Shown: positions 35,694 to 47,925 of the stretch, in pieces
Layout: the number at the start of each line of letters is the position of its first letter
How positions within the stretch are numbered: position 1 is the first letter of the stretch
NCBI GenBank assembly: GCA_054600435.1
Contig: BAAIJX010000001.1
Span: 124,001-188,000, forward strand
Direction: 5' to 3'
Length of the DNA: 64,000 nucleotides
Source: Neophaeotheca triangularis
Taxonomy: Eukaryota
The notes under the pieces: generated by a model
Databases searched by the model: none
What the model saw: only the letters and a program-made list of their open reading frames with translations
What the model was told of the DNA's origin: nothing
Translations under genes and position numbers: made by a program

Positions 35694-36847
35694 ATGTGTA
35701 AGTATAGTTTGTGCAAATAATAAAGCAGGTTTCTCATGCTCAGAATACGGCTTCGCTGTGCGTCCCGAGACTTCACAAACGCACGCTCAAAAAGCGCCTC
35801 GACGTTCAAGTGACTTTTTTTACCTACCGAATTCACTGTAACACTCATTCCGCTTGCGCCGAATAAAATCGTCGCTTTCACGGCCCACACCCACCGCCCT
35901 TGTCGACAACGGATAACGTTCCAAGATGGCACATGCGATGTCGATCCTCGCGCACCCCCAGGACCTCGATAATTCACTTCTCGGTGGTCTACCCCCGTAT
36001 CTACGTAAGACCACCGAGAGTCGAGCGCCAGCCCGCTTTAGTGGACACTGGTACTCAGCTATGAGCTTGCATTCCTTTGGCCTCACAGCTTACAGCCCAC
36101 GCAGAGCGATAGCCGTTGCAGCAATTCCACAATCCTGAAGTATAGCAACCCCGACCAAACCTTTGTGAGCCTTACTCGCTTTTGCCGGAGCTGTGCATCT
36201 GGAGGCGAAGTTTGAAAAATGAGTGAGTGGGATCAAGGAGGTCGTCAAAGCAGTTGTAACGTCGGGATAGTGCAATGCGTCGCGGCTGGGCATGATGGGA
36301 CTTTGGGAGGCGCTTTGGAGTGCAAGGACATCCACAAGGCATCTCTAATTGGATTGAGCTAGCAGTTCGATTCGTCGTGCGCGAAACGTATGGATCGCGT
36401 TGTAGCGGCAGCTATAGCTAAGTGGGCCAATCGCACGCTCTCTGCAACTCTGGATCAACGTCTCACATCATGCCCCTATGCCCTCGATCGTGAGCAGGCA
36501 TCAACAGAAAGCGTCGGGACATATTATTCGCCTCGTCGACCCGTAGTACAAAAGGTGCGCAACGACGTTGCGCAGTACCTATGCCTTTCCTCCATTTGAC
36601 TGCTGCTTACTGTCAGACCACCACCATGTACATCAATTCTTGGCAGTGGGGAGCTTGGGAGCAATACGCAGCACTCGTCTTCGTTCCGACAACCCACCAT
36701 TGGACAGGGCGAGGAGCTCTCGCATCACATGAACACATCAGTTGCGCAATGGCAGATACGGAACTCGTATGCGCGGGAAGCGGAAAACGCCTCGGGGCGC
36801 GCAAGGCAAGTACGCTGTAGTAGTAGTCGTGTTGCAGCTACAAGCCC

Positions 36848-37750
36848 ATGGATATAAACCCGCTCCGTCGGCGCTATACAACCAAATTTTCAGAGCTTCT
36901 CCAAGCCCTGCCTTTTCTTACAATTTCATCCAAAAAATCGTCCATGGAGCTCTCCACCCTCCGCCGCCGCGTTTCGGGACCTTCACCCCAATCACCCAGG
37001 GCAGCTGACAGCCCCTTTCCAAACAACCGCTCAAAGCCCCCTCCTGAAACCAGCAACACACACCACCAACCTTCAGCTTTCAGTCCCAACACCCAAACCC
37101 TCTCTTACTACTTCTTCCCGGCCGCCTGTTTCGGTAGCAACATGCTGGTCGAATCCGCGAGTGGCGAGAGCCTCTACTATTGCGACTGCTCGGAATGGAC
37201 GCCGGCACCTGACATCGTGCTCCACGAAGGGGCCGAGAAGAGTAAAGGACCAGTAGTGGGGGGTGCAGAGTTCAGGAAGGGTACTGTATCGCGGATGCTT
37301 CTGGGGTCAGGGGCAAGGGAGAGAGATAACTACGCGAGGGACGTGGAGGACGAGGGCGAGAGGAAGGTGGTGGAGATGAAGCTCGAGAAGAACCTGGCGC
37401 ATGGGAGGTATTCTCTTGCAGTACCAGATCCGGGTACAAGTGACGTGGGAGGTCTAGGCACTGGGCCGGAGGGGGCGAGGTTGATCGAATGGCATCGCAC
37501 GCGCAAACGGGATCATGGCTGTGAGGGCATTGCGCGCTGGTCTGCCAACAATTTCGCAATAACCGATGGGAAGACGCAACAGCTTTTGGGGGTGACGGTG
37601 AGGAGTCCGAAATTCAGTCTGCGGCGCAAAGGAAAGCTTGTCGTGAGGGCCGATGTGCCGGACGATGTACGGCTGTGTCTGCTTCTAGGGGCCTTAGGTC
37701 TAACGGAGATGGCGAGGAGGAGAGATGCTAGATGGCAGCCTCAGAAGTAG
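36848..37750 (+). CDS. hypothetical fungal protein (true start may be the Met of MELSTL near 36944)
   Basis: 300-aa ORF with a globular-looking beta-rich region (LYY..PDIVLHEG..GPVVG..EW..KGKLVV..LLLGAL). Confidence 0.7.
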   Translation: MDINPLRRRYTTKFSELLQALPFLTISSKKSSMELSTLRRRVSGPSPQSPRAADSPFPNNRSKPPPETSNTHHQPSAFSPNTQTLSYYFFPAACFGSNMLVESASGESLYYCDCSEWTPAPDIVLHEGAEKSKGPVVGGAEFRKGTVSRMLLGSGARERDNYARDVEDEGERKVVEMKLEKNLAHGRYSLAVPDPGTSDVGGLGTGPEGARLIEWHRTRKRDHGCEGIARWSANNFAITDGKTQQLLGVTVRSPKFSLRRKGKLVVRADVPDDVRLCLLLGALGLTEMARRRDARWQPQK

Positions 37751-38274
37751 GGGGTTACGACTTTTCGAATTTGAGCACTTTGGATGCTGTGAGGGGAAGT
37801 GATTTCGGAGCTAGGGAGGAATGGGCGCGGTGCAGAATTTGTAACACCAGAGTATTGTTAAAGAGCAGATTGGCATTGTAAAAGTAGGCCATGTACCGTG
37901 TAGCGTGGTTAGTATGGTGCTCCTTTTTCCGGGAATACCGCTCATGGCAGGGCCATGGTCAACGGGATTAGCTGCGAATTTAAGCCGTCTTTCTCGCAAG
38001 TTGTTGAGGTTCCCTTTGGCCGACAAGGTCCTAGATCTTGTTCGTGTGGGTTTCAAGCTCTCTCGATAGCGCTCTCGTGAGCAAACGAGGGCCACTATAG
38101 ATATGTGAGGCCATGTGCCACAGCGACTCCGTACCACGCCGACAGCACATCTTCCACAAGGCTCGAAAAGGCCTCTTTCAACACCCAACATAGAGCGTCG
38201 TTATAGCGTGGCCCGTATCCCAGCGATAAGGTGGCATACGCCTTGCTCGCATTAGTTGAAATCATTCCGAAACA

Positions 38275-39242
38275 TCAGCTCCCTTCCATCAGCTCTTTTA
38301 CAGCCTTGGCGGCCATCCTTTTCCTTTGCGCCTCGGGCAGGTCGGCGCCTTGCTCTTTAACCGCCAAAAGCTTGCCCATCATCCGGTCCAAGTCATCGAC
38401 TTCGTCCTTCTGCCGAAGAGCTGGCTCAAATAGCTCCGCATCAGGCTCAGGCTCAGGCTCATCATCCCCTCCAATCAGCGCAGCCTTCATTCCAAACAAC
38501 TCAGCTGTCATCTCCGCCTCTTCATGCCCGAAAGTTCCGATACCACCAAGCTCTTTGCCCTCGAGCGGATCTGTCAAATCATCCAGATCATCCGCGCCAG
38601 ACCCAGCAGTCCACTCATTCGCTTCCAAAGCCTCCCTCAACCGCTCCAGCCCCACCTTCTCCCCAAACTCATTTTTCCCCTCTGCCGCCAAGTCGACATA
38701 CTCGAAACCATACTGCAAACAAGCATCCTCACAATCTGCCGCGACCTCTTCCGTCAGCTTGCTCGTATCCTTCGCACCGGGTACAGCAACCGCCAGCAGC
38801 GCGGCGTCCTCCGCGTAACCCGCATGCTCCTCCCTCACGAGCATGATAGCCCGGAGCGCATTCTCGACCTCCTGCGTTATCCTGCCATCACTTGATTGTC
38901 TGAAACAATACACCCAAGCTCCTACGGCTTCGACAACCTCTTTAGCCTCCTCTTTCATGAAGTCGTTTTTCCAGGTTTCAAGGTCGGAGATTTCGTCCAC
39001 CCAGATGGGAATCGTGGCATTGTAGTATTGGGTTTTGAGATGCCATTCATGCGTGAGACCGGCGGTGGAAGAGGTGGTGGGGTTTGGTGCAGGAGCGTTG
39101 CCGGTAAGGTCTGTACTTGATTAGAGTTGGGCTTCTGGGTGAAGGGTCTCGGTCGAAGCCAACCTTCTAGGACATCGAGCGAACCGCAGTTTGGCGGACC
39201 GAGTACGAGTAGTCGACGCGCATGCTTAATGTCAATGGTCAT
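38275..39242 (-). CDS. IRC6: Irc6 / alpha-gamma-adaptin-binding p34-like protein; exons 39242-39164, 39110-38275
   Basis: RRLLVLG..DLTG..KTQYYNATIPIWVDE; FEYVD..NEFGEKVGLERLREALEANEW; RKRMAAKAV. Confidence 0.88.
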
Positions 39243-39574
39243 CGTGTTGGCGACACTGTATAGTTACATGGCTGAGTTGGTGTTTTGAGGTTCAAGAGAT
39301 GAAGTTCAAGCCCAAATGTGGAGAAGTTCACTCGTTGGCAGATTTGCACGTGATGATACGCATGTAGCGCTGTTAATACAGGCTCCACGTCCAAAGAGCG
39401 CAAGCCGAAAACTTGAGCTCACGCTCGTGGTAGCGTTTTAGCATCGAATATAGCACCCAGTCTCCGTCTCCCTCTCGAGTACGCCAAACGCCGCGCTGTC
39501 GCTCTTTTCATGCCGCCCTTTGATTCGCCTTTGACAAAGTCTCAACTCAGTCCCCCGGATCGTGGCAACCTTGC

Positions 39575-40209
39575 TCATCTGCCACCACGTGGAGCTTGCC
39601 CCCTAGCACGGTTGACCGTTGCTTTCCCTCTCGCCAATCCGACACCCCTGCCGCGCGTGGTCCTGGACCTGAACATGGGCGCATTCCTGATCTGCGGTCA
39701 ATATGGTCCCACAATGGAGAGCGTAGTATGCTGTAGTCTTTCGAGGTGCGCGCCCTCTCCATCGCCAGATCGTCGTATCTCGCCAACTCCCCCCGTGCCG
39801 AAGTGCACAAATGACTCCCGCTAGCAGGCTAGAAATGGTGCGGCCCTCGAAATCCCACAGCAGCTTCAAGACTCGACCTACCTCAACATGTCTGGCACAA
39901 TAAACAAGCGCACGTGGGAGCCGCGGATGTAGACGCGCTCGAGATGAGTGACTCTGCCGTCGCGCTGGGTGACATTGATGTTCTCCATCTGAACGTTCAT
40001 GTTGTCTTCCGCCTCAATGAGTTTGCCGCGGTAGGTTTGGCCTGAGGAGATCTCGATGGTGACTTGGTGGCCCTGTGAAGTTTTCCATCAGCTGCCGTCG
40101 CTCGCAGTCGTAAGCTTGTGCGCGGTGAAAGAGCTGCTGGCGGGTCGAGGTGAGCACCTACGGTCGCTTCGTTGAGTAGCTTGATCGGGATGCCAATGGT
40201 GGACGTCAT
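39575..40209 (-). CDS. SMD3: spliceosomal Sm protein D3; exons 40209-40162, 40072-39882, 39686-39575
   Basis: [57 protein letters not shown] tail. Confidence 0.96.
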
Positions 40210-40457
40210 GTTTGCGGTCGCGGTTGTAGTCTTGGTTTCGGTGAAGGAGTGGCGCGGATGGGAAGAGTGAGGTTGTGAGTGTACTAAAGTCGGTCTTCAG
40301 ACTTGTCGCATCGCGAGGCGCATGTGGAAGCGGAACCTTGAGCTTTTGGAATTTCTGCCGCAAGGCGGTGAGCCGGGCTTGGCAGTTACGACCTTCCAAC
40401 CTGACTTCCCCTTTCGGTTATACCAAAAGCACCTTGACAAACATATATGGCCATTCA

Positions 40458-41203
40458 ATGAACGTCTCGGCGACAGTGAACGTGCTGAGACTCTTCTCAA
40501 ATCCTGCACTCTGTCTACCGCACCATACCATCCCGACCTTCGATCAGCTTCCCATCCCGCTGTCAAAGGCTTTCGCCAACAGCAGCAATGGCGAGAAACC
40601 CGACATCAGGGCGGTAGTACTCGACAAAGACAACTGCTTTGCTATTCCCAAGCAAAACGAGGTTCACAAGGCTTACGAAGTGTGTGGTATCAGGGCCAGC
40701 TCCGCGAAAATCATCAGCCTCAATCTAACCACTGCTCGCAGTCCCACTTCGCCAAACTCAGAGAGACGTATCCAGGCTCTCGCCTCCTAATCGTTTCAAA
40801 CTCAGCAGGCACGCGCTCGGATCCAGGCTATAAGGAGGCTGACACCCTGGAACACAACACCGGCGTCAAAGTCCTCCGCCACACGACTAAAAAGCCAGGT
40901 TGCCAGGCTGAGATCTTAGACCACTTCCGGAAAGCTACCGACGTGGACATCACTTCCCCATCCCAGATAGCCGTGGTCGGTGATCGCTTGTTTACAGATG
41001 TCATGCTAGCAAACATGATGGGCGCGCGAGGGATTTGGGTCCAGGATGGCGTGGTGCACAATCATGGCCTTGTAAGTAACATACTGCTTCGTAACGCCGG
41101 CTCTTCTGACAACGCGCAGCTTTCGAGAGTAGAGAAAGGGCTCGCTGGCTTTCTGTTGCGTAGAGGTTTTCGTGCCCCTGATTGCAAGAGCGATTTCGAG
41201 TAG
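40458..41203 (+). CDS. GEP4: mitochondrial phosphatidylglycerophosphatase (HAD IIIA); exons 40458-40679, 40742-41071, 41120-41203
   Basis: AVVLDKDNCFA; LLIVSNSAG; HTTKKPGC; VVGDRLFTDVMLANMMG. Confidence 0.92.
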
Positions 41204-41854
41204 CCTCCTAACCTTGCCTTTGATTGCCCTGAACGAGTCCAGTGACCCAGTGAATCGCGAGGGACTCGACTGGTGTAGCAGTCATGCTTGATGTAAATCT
41301 GAATCCTCAGAAGGCTCGCGCCTGGGATATCTCGCATACATAATACCATTTAAGAAAGCTCTACGTCGCGGAGCGCGTCACAAGCGTTCGCCTGATGATG
41401 GCGCAAAGATTGAAGGGCTAAAGCATGGTCCCTGACAGTCATGGTTTGGTATTGACATGTGAACGTCGAATTCACAGACATTCGTCCTCTACCTACGGAC
41501 CCGGCTTGAACGAACTTTTTACGAAGCTAGAGCCACAACGGCACACGTGCTGTCGATCCTCGGGTACCTTCGAACGCCCTCAGGCCCGCCATAGAGTGAT
41601 GCTGATTGTTCACTTGGCTTTTGTCCACAACGGGCTCAGTTGCTTCATTTTTCCGGCACTTGCTTAGAATGTTTCTTGCGTGCACAGAGTGGGTTCGCGG
41701 GGCCTCCATCCTGACGTCGACGAGGATGGGAATATAGACCCTCGCGAGAGGGGTAGTAGTCTGGCTTGCCGAGGACAAGCTCACGCTCCCAGGAAAACAA
41801 TATAGCTTTCCAGCTGATATTCACGGCGCGAAAACAAAGGCCCTGGGCCCCTTC

Positions 41855-42568
41855 TCAAAATGCTGTATAACCCTTCCACCACATGTAGCCAAAGTCAATG
41901 ACTACACTCGCGAATGCCGTGCCCAAGTCCATTTCAACCACACTCCACAGCCAAAGCGTACCGATGGGCGGAGCTCGCTTCATAACCGCATAGTAGTCCT
42001 TCGTATTGCCAACAGTAATGAGGTGGCAACCCGCGATGATCGCAACGACGAAGAAAAAAACCTGCTTGGTCTTGGGGAAACGCTCAGCAGTCTCCGTGCG
42101 CACGATGTAGATCAAAAAGAAAAGCACAGGCAGTATTGTCGCGGTGCGCTTGCTAATGGCGTCCCATTGAATCTCCTGCCTGTACTGGCTGAAGACGAGC
42201 ACGTCGAGAGTGAAATGCAGCATGGAGCCCACGAGCGCGTAGAAGATCGATTGGCCCAGCGGACCGATGGGCTCGCCCTCGCCGAGACCAGCTTCGAAGA
42301 CACTTCCATCGCCAGTCTCGAGAATTTTGCCGTTTTCATCGCGGGCAAGGCCGTCGCCCTGTTGCTTCTCGAAAGGCTGACCTTGTTCGAGAAGTTCGCG
42401 CTTTTCATCTGCAATCTCCATCAGGGTTTTGGCTTTGGGTCCTGAGCGATCAGGCTGTTCTAGTTTGATTTTGGGGGTCGAAGTGCCAGGTGCCATCGGT
42501 TTGCCGGATTCGCGGGCGGCCCGGCGGCGCTCTTTACGGTTGACGGTTCCTGGATCGTCGTCTCCCAT
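41855..42568 (-). CDS. conserved fungal multi-pass membrane protein of unknown function
   Basis: NRKERR N-terminus; LHFTLDVLVFSQY; YYAVMKRAPPIGTLWLWSVVEM; several hydrophobic segments. Confidence 0.8.
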   Translation of the reverse strand: MGDDDPGTVNRKERRRAARESGKPMAPGTSTPKIKLEQPDRSGPKAKTLMEIADEKRELLEQGQPFEKQQGDGLARDENGKILETGDGSVFEAGLGEGEPIGPLGQSIFYALVGSMLHFTLDVLVFSQYRQEIQWDAISKRTATILPVLFFLIYIVRTETAERFPKTKQVFFFVVAIIAGCHLITVGNTKDYYAVMKRAPPIGTLWLWSVVEMDLGTAFASVVIDFGYMWWKGYTAF

Positions 42569-43145
42569 GGCTGGTATTGCGACGTGTTTTGCTTATTTTA
42601 CAGCCGGCCTGTGCTAAGTTGGCACTGTGTTAATGAACGGCCAAGGCAGAATATGGTCGACTGGAATTAGGCTTGACGGAGTTGATATACTCTCAGATAA
42701 TGCTTTTGGCTCGCCATCGGAGAATCCCTTCGAGAATAACGTATGGAGATGCAATGGTCTGACGAATTCAGGGCGAGGAGTATGACGGCCAGGAAGTGAA
42801 GACTGGTACTTTGTCCGTGTATCAGCCGAGATGCGACTGAAAGATGCTAGCGCCATCGGCGTTGCTGGGGCTGTTCTATTTTGACAACGGGAGCGGCCGC
42901 AAGGTTACCGTACCCTGCATGAGCAACCCTAACTCCTGGGACCTGAGCCGCGCGATCCATTTGCTCCTCCCTCACCATGCCGCACCCAAGACACATTATT
43001 CTCCTTCGCACCACCTTCGCCAGAAACCTCTAACCGCTACCATTTCGGCCAACTAATCATTACCACTTGAAAGCAGTAGTACGGACAACCACCGATCATC
43101 CATTAGGCGAACACCCCTCGGCGGCCACCGCCACCCCTCGCAGCC

Positions 43146-44269
43146 ATGGGCTTTGGCGACTTCCAGGACATATGCACAAAAGCGCCTCTGCCACTGTGCC
43201 CTCTCGTCGGGGCCGAGTCTGAGATCACAGGGACACACTATACCCAATCACAATGCTACTCGCGAACGATCGAGCTGGCAAACACCATTATCTTCCAAGG
43301 CGCGGCCGGGTTCGCGCACATCATAGCTCTGATCATGACGGTGATCATGATCATACACGTTAGGAGCAAGTTCACAGCAGTCGGTACGTACGATGAGGAT
43401 GCCCGAGGACGAACGCGTGGCATGAAAAAGGCTGGGAGCTGACTCTACCACTCGCGCAGGCCGCAAGGAAATCACAACGTTCTTCTACTTCTACGGCCTC
43501 CTCACCATCTTCTCCCTCCTCATAGACTGCGGCGTTGTCCCGTCCGGCTCTTCCCCCTATCCCTACTTCGTCGCCGTGCAGTGCGGTCTGGCATCCTCGA
43601 CTTGCATATGCCTCATGATCAACGGTTTCGTCGGGTTCCAGCTTTATGAAGACGGTACCACGCTTTCTGTTTGGCTGCTGCGCATTTGCACTCTGACCAT
43701 GTTCGTCATATCTTTTGCCGTGGCACTTTTAACATTTAAGGGTTGGGCTGGGCTAGGACCGGAAAATACCGTCGGTTTGTTCGTGGTGGTCTACATCTTC
43801 AGCGCGATCTTCCTCTTCGTGTATGTGGTCATGCAAGTCTTGTTGGTAGTGGGCACGCTGCAAGAAAGGTGGCCACTGTGGCATATCGGGTTCGGTGTGT
43901 TTGGTTTCGCGATTGGGCAGGTCATCCTGTACGTGTTCAGCGATACGATCTGCGACAATGTGCAACACTACATGGACGGGCTGTTCTTCGCGACGCTCAC
44001 TAACCTACTGGGCGTGATGATGGTCTACAAGGCAAGTTTCCAGCGAGCACGCCACTACGCTCTCTTGCCAGTATGCTAACAAACCATCGCAGTATTGGGA
44101 CTCGATCACGAAGGAAGACCTCGAATTCTCCGTTGGACAACGGCAGAACAACTGGGAAGTCAAAGAACCGCTGCCAGACAACGACAATAGCGGCATCTAC
44201 CAGGACAACGATTTTGCGAGCAGCATGTACCACCAGCCCGGTCAAAGGGGCTCTGTCTACGGTTACTGA
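43146..44269 (+). CDS. CHS7: chitin synthase export chaperone Chs7; exons 43146-43383, 43460-44031, 44093-44269
   Basis: [73 protein letters not shown]. Confidence 0.95.
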
Positions 44270-44462
44270 GTGCTTCCAATATGGTGGGAAGCATGGTGTT
44301 AGGTTTGGTATCTGTTCTCACTTAGCGGGCTGCATGGAAAGGGCGCAATTTTCGAGAGGGCCGAGATTAGGTCACATAGTTTTAACATTTAATGAACGCA
44401 CCTACTGCTTTAGCGCTTTGTGATGAACGCCCTCATCAAGATTGCGCTACTCTACTCTCGTC

Positions 44463-45305
44463 TCATACAACCTTCTCCCTTCTCAAATCGTTGACGACCA
44501 TGTATCGACTAATCCCTATCCATCCCCACCTAAACCAGCGCATCTGACTCTTATGCGCCGTTGTCATAGCCCTCTGCGCCCTCCTCACATCTCCTGGCCC
44601 ACTAACAACCAACAGCGGCGTGGGAAAAGCGCCCCTCTCCTTGAGCCTCAAAACCGAGCTCAAAACCGTCACAGCCGCATCCACAAAACTGCTATACTTG
44701 CGCACCACATTCGTCGTCGTGAGCGTGTACAATTTTATTGGACACTCCCACCCAGCATGCCGCTGCATCAGCTGCCGCAGAAACTCCCGCGCCCCGTGAT
44801 ACAGCGAGATGTGATTCGGATGCCCGGAGACGCCGTGGGCATCAAACGTCACAATCGCGTCCAGGCTCACCGGCGGCGCCGTCGTCGAAGCCGTCGCCTT
44901 CACATCCGGGGCAAAGTAGCCCGTCAGCACGCTAGCGATGCGCTTGGCTTCCCAGTGCTTCGTCATGGAGTCCGGGAAGTGCGTGGCGTCCTCGACGACG
45001 ACGACATGTTGCGAGTTTGTGACGCCGAGCGCGAGGGCGCTCTTGGTGAGTTCGGATTTGCGGACGTGGCCGAGGCCGTCTGCGTCGCCGCTGCTGAGGC
45101 AGAGGATCAGGATTTGGTTTCCTAGGGCTGGGTTTGCGAGGTTTTGGAGCGCCGGGGCGAAAAACATGGCTTCGTCGTCCGGGTGCGCGATTAAGAGGAG
45201 GATGCGCTTGCCCTGGAGGGTGGGGAAGGAGTGCGAGAGCCAGGCGGTTATTAGGTAGAAGAGTAAGGCTAGGATTGGGAGTTGGAGGGATAGTGGAAAG
45301 CTCAT
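44463..45305 (-). CDS. GPI12: GlcNAc-PI de-N-acetylase (PIG-L)
   Basis: LLIAHPDDEAMFFAP; CLSSGDADGLG; TFDAHGVSGHPNH; AHKSQMRWFR. Confidence 0.93.
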   Translation of the reverse strand: MSFPLSLQLPILALLFYLITAWLSHSFPTLQGKRILLLIAHPDDEAMFFAPALQNLANPALGNQILILCLSSGDADGLGHVRKSELTKSALALGVTNSQHVVVVEDATHFPDSMTKHWEAKRIASVLTGYFAPDVKATASTTAPPVSLDAIVTFDAHGVSGHPNHISLYHGAREFLRQLMQRHAGWECPIKLYTLTTTNVVRKYSSFVDAAVTVLSSVLRLKERGAFPTPLLVVSGPGDVRRAQRAMTTAHKSQMRWFRWGWIGISRYMVVNDLRREKVV

Positions 45306-46146
45306 TTTTGCGACGGTCCGAGGATGGTGATTTGGTTGTGTTTATGTAGGTCGCCTACGGCTTGTGGTGTTTGAGAAGATTTTTACGACGCCGTGGTTCA
45401 GATGTCTCAGTCATCGCCAGTTGAGTGGTTCAATCATGGTGGTATTCAGTATTTAGTCGTAAAGTATGGCATGAAGCGGTAGTAAGGATGAAGTCGGCAA
45501 GCAACTCGGTCAAGTGGAGCTTGCTCGGGCTTGATCGAGATACGCTTTCCTTTTACTATCGGGATACAATATAATACACACCTCATGAGTATGGCAATAA
45601 AGGGATCACATGAAGCAACAGGGAATCTCGTACAAGTGCAGCTTATGTGTAAATCATAAGCACGCCAAAATCGACAATCGACCTCATGGTGATTCTGTTA
45701 CATCGCGAACAGCACACAGAAAACTGATCCCTATGATAGGTAGCTAAAGATGGGAGCCGCCAGACGGTGAAGTGATTCGCACCGTCTCCTGCTTCGAGCA
45801 CTTCAGCGATGTACCTCAACCAGATCCCCCCCCCCTTCTCCCCATCGTTCGTGACCCCAGTGCATTCCTTCCCCCGGTGTAGAATTGATGCGAATTCGCT
45901 GGAAAGGCGTACATGCCTTGGGCCAGATAGCTTAGCGTCTCGCGCCCCTCTTGTGCTCCAAAACGATCCTTAACTCGTGGCCGTTAATCTAGTAATACTC
46001 CGGTCGACCTTGAGCTTATTGAGCCGGAGTGCCGTCGCTGCCCTCCCCTGGCTATATGTGCAGGTCTAGATCCTTTCGCTGCAACGCCGACTTCCCTATT
46101 CGTCCCACTCTAATATTGGTCCTATGCGGCGCAATTCTACACCGGT

Positions 46147-46704
46147 TCAACTCTCAGGCACCCGACCATCCATCGACTTCGAACCCTTCCTCCACAGCGC
46201 ATCCACACCAGCGCTAGCCCTGCCCCAACCCCACGCAGCCGCTGTCTTAACATCCGCTACGTAACCCTTCCCCTCAGACGCCTTCACCTCCTCTCTCCAC
46301 TGTTCGCTCCCGGCCTCTCGAGCATACGTCTCATCGTACTTCCACTTGTGGTCCGCATGCGAGTTGTAAGAGGAGTACGGTGCGTCTTCAGGAGAGATTT
46401 CCTGCCAGTCTGATGACAAGGTCGGCTCCTGAGGTGGGAGATGCTTTGCAACCATGTAGTTCGGTGTCGTCAGGGAGACGGTGTGAAATTCCTTCTGCCT
46501 TGCGTTTCGGGTTTGCTTTGACTGGAACTCGTTCCCTGCGTTCCGCGGTGTTTGCTGAGTCGCTTTGTTCGGGTATGGGTGAAGTTTTGTGGCGAGCTCG
46601 AGACGGTTCTGCCGCGGATCTGTGGGTTGGCTTGAGCCGCCGTTGAAGGAGGTGTCGTCCCTTTGGCTGGCACGCTTGACACCGGTGTGGTCGAAATTTG
46701 CCAT
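46147..46704 (-). CDS. hypothetical protein (about 185 aa)
   Basis: ATG in AAAATGG context opens the ORF MANFDH..; no recognised domain. Confidence 0.5.
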   Translation of the reverse strand: MANFDHTGVKRASQRDDTSFNGGSSQPTDPRQNRLELATKLHPYPNKATQQTPRNAGNEFQSKQTRNARQKEFHTVSLTTPNYMVAKHLPPQEPTLSSDWQEISPEDAPYSSYNSHADHKWKYDETYAREAGSEQWREEVKASEGKGYVADVKTAAAWGWGRASAGVDALWRKGSKSMDGRVPES

Positions 46705-47288
46705 TTTGGAAAGGCTGATGTTGCTTCGTCGACTTTGTTCACAGATGAGAAGAAGAGGCCGGGCCAGCGGATTCTGTAGTCGACGAAGAGCCAACGCATA
46801 GAATAGACACCTTGGAAGTTGTGATGTTCCAGCTCTCTGCTTGGATGAAGATAGATCTTGCGATGTTCCTTCTTCGGTATTTCAAAGGATGAACTGAACG
46901 AGGAACATTCACGAGCGTGCAGCTGAAGACGGGCGTTGTCAAGGGGAGCCATTCACAATCTTCCAAGGTTCAGCAAGGCTTGCAGCTACTTTTTGGCTTA
47001 CCTATTGACTAAACAACCGCTTACGGAGGTTTTTTATGTGTTTCTCAATGAGGTGTTCTCCCTTCTTGAACGATATCTCACCTTGCGTTGGTCAGGAGGG
47101 GTTTAAGCAACCTGAAAGTATAGCAGGAACCTAGAATAGTAAGATCTTACAACACTCAAACATGCAACGCGCCTACCTTGGTAACTTTCTCGGCTTGATA
47201 CATTCACTTCCAAGTCGCATGCTAAGTCGCATGCTAATCAAGTTCAGCTGCAGCCTTACGGATCGACCAACGGCCTCTAGGTAAGTGA

Positions 47289-47891
47289 CTAGGTAGATTT
47301 TGCCAGTTTAAAGGCACGATCAACAGCAATGTCGCACATGGCCTGCAATACATGTCAGCAAAAATCCAGCGTCGAGCACTGTATACGGAAGCCGTTACTT
47401 GCCCTAATAGCGGCCATCCTTTCGCCTTTACTATCACCTTCATCAATCCTCCGCCTCATATCCTGCATGATCACATCCCTACCGCGTCCATTCACAAACA
47501 CCACATATCTCAGCCCCGGAAACTTGACCTCATACTCCTCATTGAGAGCGGCCAATTTCTCAGCCTCCCCGCTACCACCCTGATGTAACTGCGCTTGCTC
47601 AGCCTGCGACTGCGCACTCTCCACCTTCTTCGCGCCGAGTCTAGGATGCGAGCCTAGAATGTCCTCGAGCCATTGCGTATCAGACGTCGAAGCAGATTCG
47701 GCAAGCTCAGTCAGCTGCACGCCCACTGCGGCTATGAGGTCTGGGTACGACTCGAAGCGCTGCTCGTGGAGCAAAGGGACGGCTAGTGTATGAAGTTGGA
47801 TGCTGGGCTCGAAGAGGGTGTCGAGGATCGTGGCTCGTTCCTCGGCCGCGAGTGAGGGTATGGTTTCGATCGAGGGGAGCTGGGACGTCAT
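47289..47891 (-). CDS. OHCU decarboxylase-like protein (purine catabolism); exons 47891-47403, 47342-47289
   Basis: LDTLFEPS; HPRLG; SQAEQA; LNEEYEVKFPGLRYVVFVNGR; GC-AG intron restores AMCDIAVDR. Confidence 0.88.
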
Positions 47892-47925
47892 TGTGAGTGG
47901 AGGGTGCCAATGCCCGTGTAAGTGG

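Noticed and set aside
39090..39108. LTGNAP peptide shared by Irc6 and the CLG1 uORF
   Set aside because: Six-residue coincidence with no wider similarity
45547..45565. CCTTTTAC resembling U5 snRNA loop 1
   Set aside because: Lacks the invariant G and the closing stem
45865..45950. tRNA-like fragments
   Set aside because: No cloverleaf or intact T-loop on either strand; no tRNA or rRNA gene recognised in the window
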